64,000 nt of DNA, taken from contig JABLTJ010000008.1 in NCBI GenBank assembly GCA_013166775.1, forward strand, positions 32,001 to 96,000. The letters run 5' to 3'. The notes beneath the pieces are model-generated. The model had not been told where the DNA came from. It saw nothing but the letters and a program-made list of their open reading frames with translations, and searched no databases. Source of the stretch: Promethearchaeati archaeon (GTDB taxonomy: Archaea; Asgardarchaeota; Heimdallarchaeia; Heimdallarchaeales; Heimdallarchaeaceae). Every line of letters starts with the position of its first letter. Position 1 is the first letter of the stretch. The position numbers were made by a program, and so were the translations under genes. Positions 59,801-64,000 of the stretch are shown piece after piece.

Positions 59801-62558
59801 CCTGAAACTACTGAAGACCAAACATCCACTAGATTCTGAGGATATTGTAGAAGAAATAGATGAATCCAAGGATGTTTTAGAAAAGAGATTAAATGTTCTA
59901 GAAAGCGCAATGCTTGTTGTAAGAACTGATTTCGAACTCTTTGGAGGAAGAGAAAAATGGAAGTATTGTTTAATCGATGAGATTATCCCAGAGGATTTGA
60001 GAAAACAAGCAAAACGATTAGATCCGGAGGAATGCTTGAAGAAACTCCTGTTAAGATATCTTAAGGTTCATGGCCCATCCACAGCAAAAGAAATAGTAGA
60101 ATATCTAAGAGTAGAGGAAGAGAAAATAGTAAGAGCTTTAACTGAGTTAGAACAGAAGAGTGAAATACTCAAAGGTCAGATAATTGAAGCTTCAGTTGAA
60201 CCTCAATATATAAGATTAGCAGACAGGGAGCTGTTAAGAAACTTAAGCAATAGAAAACCTGATTCTCTGATATTGACTCCAGAAGAATTAAACTTCATTC
60301 ATTACTATTTTACTGTTGAGACATATCTTGTTCAAGAAACTAAAGGACAAGAAAGTATTATTGAAATCTTGGATACTCTGGGATCAATTGAGGAATTGAG
60401 TTCATTAGCAGTGAGAATTCAAGATTATGATATCGGTTGGGTAAGAGATTATATTGAGAAGAATGAGATTATAAGGGGAAGATTCAGTCACGGAAGAATC
60501 GCTTATGTTACAACATCAATGTTTCCCTATTACTACACTGCATATCGAGAACACTTTAAACTAACTCAAGTTGAGGATAAAATACTTTCAGCAATAAGGA
60601 AATATGGACCTCTGACGAAAAGAGAAATTATTGAATTCACAGAATTGGATGATGATGTTGCACAAGAAAGTATCATGATACTTGACAAAACTCTTCAACT
60701 GGTGAGGAAATCACTTACAACAGACTCATTCCTACCTAAACAATTTATACCCAATGTCTATGATATCTCTTCAAGATATCTACCTTCAGGAAATCTTCCA
60801 AGTTATGAAGAAAGCCAAAAATATATCCTACTCAAATTTATTGAGTCGTTGGGGCCAGTTTCTCTTATAGAACTTACTCACATTCTAGGATTTAGATACA
60901 GCGATATCGAGAAAATAATTAAGGACCTTCTTCAGAAGAAGAAGATTATTGAAAAGAAATTAACTGAAAGAGAAACAAATTACTATATGACAAAGAACCG
61001 ATTCGACGATATTTCCAAAATTAAAGAATCTCTGATTTATACTGCATTAAGAGAAGATGAAAAAATATTAATTCTACCAAGAAACGATCCCTTCACGAAG
61101 TTAGGACTTAGGCTTCATTTAAGAGATGTGTATGGAGAGGGACTTATAGATCCGCTGTTGTTAGATGGAGGAGTTGTAGGATCAATAGAATATAAGCTCT
61201 ATAAAGGTCAATATCTACAAATCTATGATTTAAAGATAAATGATGAAATTTTTTTCAATCCAATAATTTTGCAGAAGATTGCTGCAGAACTGGTCAAATA
61301 TACAAGAAGAATTCATAGGGTTTTAAGTTTACAAATAGAGGATATTAATGGAAAGTCTGTTTTATCAAAATCAAACAAGTTTGTTACATCAACTCTAGTT
61401 AAGACAGGATTTAAGCTAATAAAAGACACTCTAGTTGGAGGGGATACGATTACTAGAGTTTTCAATAAGAAAACAGTTGATAATTATATCCTAGATAATC
61501 TGTGGTTAAAGAGACAAGTTCCAGCTTTGAATGCTGACTCATTGCTATCTTTGATAAACAAATTTGGCTTCATCAGATTCAATGAGATTATAGCAAGATT
61601 CCCAGAAAGCATGACAACAGTGATTGTTTTTCTCATAAATCAACTACTTGAAGATAAAAGTATCATCTGTCAAAATAATACACTTTACTCTCTTTCTTTT
61701 GCTCGTTATAGAAAATGTGGTCTGATCAAAAGAATGAAATTAAAATCAGAGTTTGATAAACTCTATAATCACATTCAAAAGGGACCCGTTAGTCTTTCCG
61801 AGCTAAATAGTAGATGGAAGGATTCTGATATAAGTATCAAATCTACTATATCAGCTCTTGAAGCTAATATGCTTATTGGAGTAAAATCAATAGATAATCA
61901 GTTCAAACCTTTGGAATATTGGGACATTAAGAACTTCATATCTAAAATTGATGCTGATCTAGCAGATATTAAGAAAAGATACATCAAACATTTAATGAAC
62001 TGCTTTGGACTAGCATCAGAACAACAGATATCGGAAAGAGGTTCAATCCCTGGTGTTCTTACTAAGGTTAGAGTCAAAGAAATCTTGTCTTTACTTATTG
62101 ATGATGAAGAGGTTTTAGGTGGTCGGTTCGTAGAGAATGATCTTAATTTCTATTATATTACAAAAGAAAATTATGATGAACTTGAAATGAGGGAAAAGAG
62201 AGAACAAGACGTCGAGTACACAACAAAAGAAGAGATGCAGAGATATTATCTTATTCACCCAAATGACATAGCAAGTATTGTGTTTAATGGTAATTTACCT
62301 GAAAGATTCGATGTCTCATCTGACACTTATTTAATAGTCCTGAATATGAAGCTCGCAGCTCAATGTAAACTAGAATCTTCTGATGAAAAGCAGACTAAGA
62401 TAAAGAATCTAAACATAGCTCCGTGGCTTCAATCCGAAAGTTCCTTCAACTACATAATAAACGCTCTAGAGGATATTTCGTTGTTCCATGTGGGTGAAAC
62501 TGAATCAATAATCATTGAGAGAATCAATGGACTTTCTACAAATAGGTTGGTGATCTAA
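56808..62558 (+). CDS. lhr: Lhr-family SF2 helicase with very long C-terminal winged-helix/HTH_42-like extension; ATG probably at 56835
   Basis: TGSGKT, SPLKAL, TTPESL, DEIH, LSAT, SLELGID, QRVGRSGH, GTIPD. Confidence 0.92.
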   Translation: MKNLPKSNIMTLHYLDQPSTTGDIFSFLAEEIKDWFTSSFPSGFTLPQLYAIPSIHNRRNTLVFSSTGSGKTFAAFLAAINELFVESKKGTLKDQIYVLYISPLKALGNDIRKNLEEPLQGIQDLAAANNIVIPKIRAEVRTGDTTQAERTRMLKTPPHILITTPESLGLILTSPKFSQHLKSVRWIVLDEIHEVSSNKRGVFLSLCLEYLQAEITNQKVTKIGLSATQAPIEEIARFLVGLDDDGKENECYIANLPPQRKLDLEVKSPVKDLLHTPYVMAQEGIYTILSDLILDHETSIIFTNTRKGAESVAFKLKEFLGDEYSSLIAVHHSSLSREIRLDVEDRLKNNELLAAVTSTSLELGIDIGSVELVAQIGSPRTVAKYMQRVGRSGHSLDRFAKGRLIVTDRDDAIECAVINKSTYSRDIDKVQIPRNCLDVLAQFVVAMSINKRWQVDEAYRLIKRSYNFQSLKFTDFINVLEYLGGHNLEMEERKVYRKIWYDHQEKAFGKKRNTRMIFYTNVGTIPDSSDFRVELETYRTRLGMLSEKFVERLTPGDIFVLGSHTYQFRRTVGSRVVVSEAFGRRPTIPNWIGEDLPRSFELSQQIGRFIEVVAQKIQKEDDVEVKDWVIRSFQVDEIVAQTIVDYVREQLLFLNTVPSDKRLLIESFIDPQGRLNLIFHCYYGRRVNDALSRSFAYAIGKKIDADVGSAVNDNGFLLMLPLNKMIDTAIIPDLVSSENLETILKQAIINTELFQTRFRHVANRALMILRRNVDRNVPVSRQSMYAKRIFTVIKDQENFCIIKETYREILRDYMDLENSINVLNKLEKGLFKYEITPLSDISSPFSHGIVLLGVADIVQISDRSALLRELHQQVLAKVFGKEGTKEILFSKELVTRIFDNRSYKNDELPISTLKQLRSAIKALAPIRTIESVDPSIYHSSISDSKQIKKWVLSLHNSKELLEIHIAKGERRTILVNDFQIFWNVYGKSIELTDIDKKILKLLKTKHPLDSEDIVEEIDESKDVLEKRLNVLESAMLVVRTDFELFGGREKWKYCLIDEIIPEDLRKQAKRLDPEECLKKLLLRYLKVHGPSTAKEIVEYLRVEEEKIVRALTELEQKSEILKGQIIEASVEPQYIRLADRELLRNLSNRKPDSLILTPEELNFIHYYFTVETYLVQETKGQESIIEILDTLGSIEELSSLAVRIQDYDIGWVRDYIEKNEIIRGRFSHGRIAYVTTSMFPYYYTAYREHFKLTQVEDKILSAIRKYGPLTKREIIEFTELDDDVAQESIMILDKTLQLVRKSLTTDSFLPKQFIPNVYDISSRYLPSGNLPSYEESQKYILLKFIESLGPVSLIELTHILGFRYSDIEKIIKDLLQKKKIIEKKLTERETNYYMTKNRFDDISKIKESLIYTALREDEKILILPRNDPFTKLGLRLHLRDVYGEGLIDPLLLDGGVVGSIEYKLYKGQYLQIYDLKINDEIFFNPIILQKIAAELVKYTRRIHRVLSLQIEDINGKSVLSKSNKFVTSTLVKTGFKLIKDTLVGGDTITRVFNKKTVDNYILDNLWLKRQVPALNADSLLSLINKFGFIRFNEIIARFPESMTTVIVFLINQLLEDKSIICQNNTLYSLSFARYRKCGLIKRMKLKSEFDKLYNHIQKGPVSLSELNSRWKDSDISIKSTISALEANMLIGVKSIDNQFKPLEYWDIKNFISKIDADLADIKKRYIKHLMNCFGLASEQQISERGSIPGVLTKVRVKEILSLLIDDEEVLGGRFVENDLNFYYITKENYDELEMREKREQDVEYTTKEEMQRYYLIHPNDIASIVFNGNLPERFDVSSDTYLIVLNMKLAAQCKLESSDEKQTKIKNLNIAPWLQSESSFNYIINALEDISLFHVGETESIIIERINGLSTNRLVI

Positions 62559-62582
62559 ATTTCAGTGGATCATAAATTAACA

Positions 62583-64000
62583 ATGACCCTTGAAATGCTA
62601 GCTATTTACCTTGCTGAGAAACAAGGGTTAACAACTGAATATAAAGGCATTAACTATGGACATTCCGTTTCAATAGTTAAGAACACTGTATTGTTTCAAG
62701 ATCCTGAATCACTCTTTGCTAGGATGAGAACCTTCTCCCCTACACTGATTCATTCTTTGATTAGAAACAAACATCTGATCCAAGCTCCTTTCAAAGAGAA
62801 TAAATTAGCATATATTGGAAAAGAATTCTTACCTATTTTTTATTATTCGAATGTTAAGGATGAGATAGAGTATAAACGCTCTGAAACGCGTTCTGTTCTG
62901 GAATTCCTGAATGAAAAAGGTTCATCTACACGACAAAAAATAATGGAACAGTTTAAGCTGACAAAAGAACAAGTAATGGAAGTCTTAACAGAACTTCGAA
63001 ACAATTTCCAAATCTTCATGTTCTATGACGGAACTAGATGGACTATTTATAGTTCTGATATCTTGTTAGATTCAAATCCAATAAGCAAAGCTTCTGCCGT
63101 TACTGAACTAGTTTATCAAACAATCAAAAGTTATGGACCAATCACTGTTCCACAAATTATGCATATGTTGGAAATGTCAGGGGGACGTATTAGTACCAGC
63201 ATTATAGAGTTGTACGAGAATAAGAAAATAATAAGAGGTTATTTTGTGGAAAACTCTAGTTATGAAGCTTTTATTGCAGCAGATGAACTACAATATATGA
63301 CCGAATATATAGAAAAATACACTCCTGAAGAGAAAAAGGAATTAATGATTATACCTTCATCTGATTTTGTAGCGAGATACTGGTCATCAGCTGATTTTAC
63401 AGTTTTGGAGGAAACTGAAAAGGAATTGGTTCTAATTTCAGGAAAACCCGTATGCACATTTGACTACAAAGTCATTGGAGATAACTTGCATGTAATTAAC
63501 CTTCGTAAAACATCTGAATATAGCAATTATGAGGATGAGATTAGGATTAAGATTCAAGAATTTGCTGAAAATAAAGGAAAGATGCTAGTTTTTCCTAAAC
63601 TTGAATCAGAAGAAATTGAAACACAATCCAAAGAATTCGCAAGAGTATTGTCTCAAAGAGGATATTCTGCTCGAACTTCTGGTCTTGTCTATCATCTCTC
63701 AAAATTTGCTAAAAAAGAAGTTAGCAAGCGTTTAGTTACTTATGATGATGTTTTTCCCCTTCTCTTACACTTCCAGTTCATGAGTACTCAAAAACAATCA
63801 TCATCAAAAAATGGATTAAGAAACAGCATCACTTCATTAGCTATCCCCTTATCTCTTCCTTCGATTAAGCTTAGAGTAAGTTTAGGAAAAGAGCATCTAA
63901 CGAATGAAATGGTCATTGAAAAACAACTTGCATTAGGGAAATTTGGTGGTTTTACAAGAGGATATGTATCTTCTGAATACTATCTTGTCTACTCCAAATT
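62583..64000 (+). CDS. HTH_42/AlkZ-like repeat protein, paralogous to the Lhr C-terminal modules; truncated by the window end (alternative GTG start at 62565)
   Basis: Hand translation is open to 64000: MTLEMLAIYLAEKQGL...FQDPESLFARM...KLAYI...SYGPIT...KIIRGYFVE...; absent from the ORF track because no stop codon falls within the window. Confidence 0.8.
   Translation, partial: MTLEMLAIYLAEKQGLTTEYKGINYGHSVSIVKNTVLFQDPESLFARMRTFSPTLIHSLIRNKHLIQAPFKENKLAYIGKEFLPIFYYSNVKDEIEYKRSETRSVLEFLNEKGSSTRQKIMEQFKLTKEQVMEVLTELRNNFQIFMFYDGTRWTIYSSDILLDSNPISKASAVTELVYQTIKSYGPITVPQIMHMLEMSGGRISTSIIELYENKKIIRGYFVENSSYEAFIAADELQYMTEYIEKYTPEEKKELMIIPSSDFVARYWSSADFTVLEETEKELVLISGKPVCTFDYKVIGDNLHVINLRKTSEYSNYEDEIRIKIQEFAENKGKMLVFPKLESEEIETQSKEFARVLSQRGYSARTSGLVYHLSKFAKKEVSKRLVTYDDVFPLLLHFQFMSTQKQSSSKNGLRNSITSLAIPLSLPSIKLRVSLGKEHLTNEMVIEKQLALGKFGGFTRGYVSSEYYLVYSK

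Noticed and set aside
56808-62558. Intein as the explanation for the Lhr length
   Set aside because: Helicase motifs are contiguous with normal spacing, no intein splice or LAGLIDADG motifs were seen, and the extra length is C-terminal
1018-63457. Numerous 60-130 aa ORFs nested in or antisense to long genes (e.g. 5676, 6481, 16769, 26823, 34875, 44800, 50415, 57800, 63260)
   Set aside because: They overlap well-supported genes and carry no motifs, so they are treated as shadow ORFs

Overview
AT-rich, gene-dense archaeal chromosomal segment. It is very probably from an Asgard archaeon (Heimdallarchaeia-like; inferred from Arf-like GTPases, longin/DENN-like proteins, class I LysRS, GGR, L44e and Rpo6). 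No rRNA, tRNA, CRISPR array or mobile element was recognised. Main blocks: (1) 2.4-19.7 kb, a 15-gene co-oriented redox operon: korDABC, hdrA1, mvhD-G-A, flxD-C-B-A, hdrA2, hydrogenase protease, hdrC, hdrB, frdB, frdA. It suggests an asymmetric H2/NADH-fed electron-bifurcating machine coupling fumarate reduction to ferredoxin and 2-oxoglutarate metabolism; sucCD lies 31 kb away. (2) Housekeeping genes mixed with eukaryotic-signature-like genes: two small GTPases, a DENN-like protein, a longin-7TM fusion, a B-box membrane protein and a Sec11 peptidase with a possible fused Spc3-like module. (3) 31.6-43.3 kb, a surface-glycan locus: two tandem cellulose-synthase-like GT2s and a GT-C, preceded by an interlocking-helix (pseudoknot-like) intergenic element and converging on two MacB/FtsX permeases, one carrying about 900 aa of Ig-like repeats. 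(4) A catalytically degenerate NSUN6-like protein, an Ard1-type acetyltransferase, a 1916-aa Lhr helicase with repeated winged-helix/AlkZ-like modules, and a downstream partner built from the same module. Reading the raw sequence also revealed an LRR pseudogene relic, a frameshifted MBL hydrolase and a candidate small ORF that the ORF track missed. All calls rest on motif recognition by eye; no searches were run.
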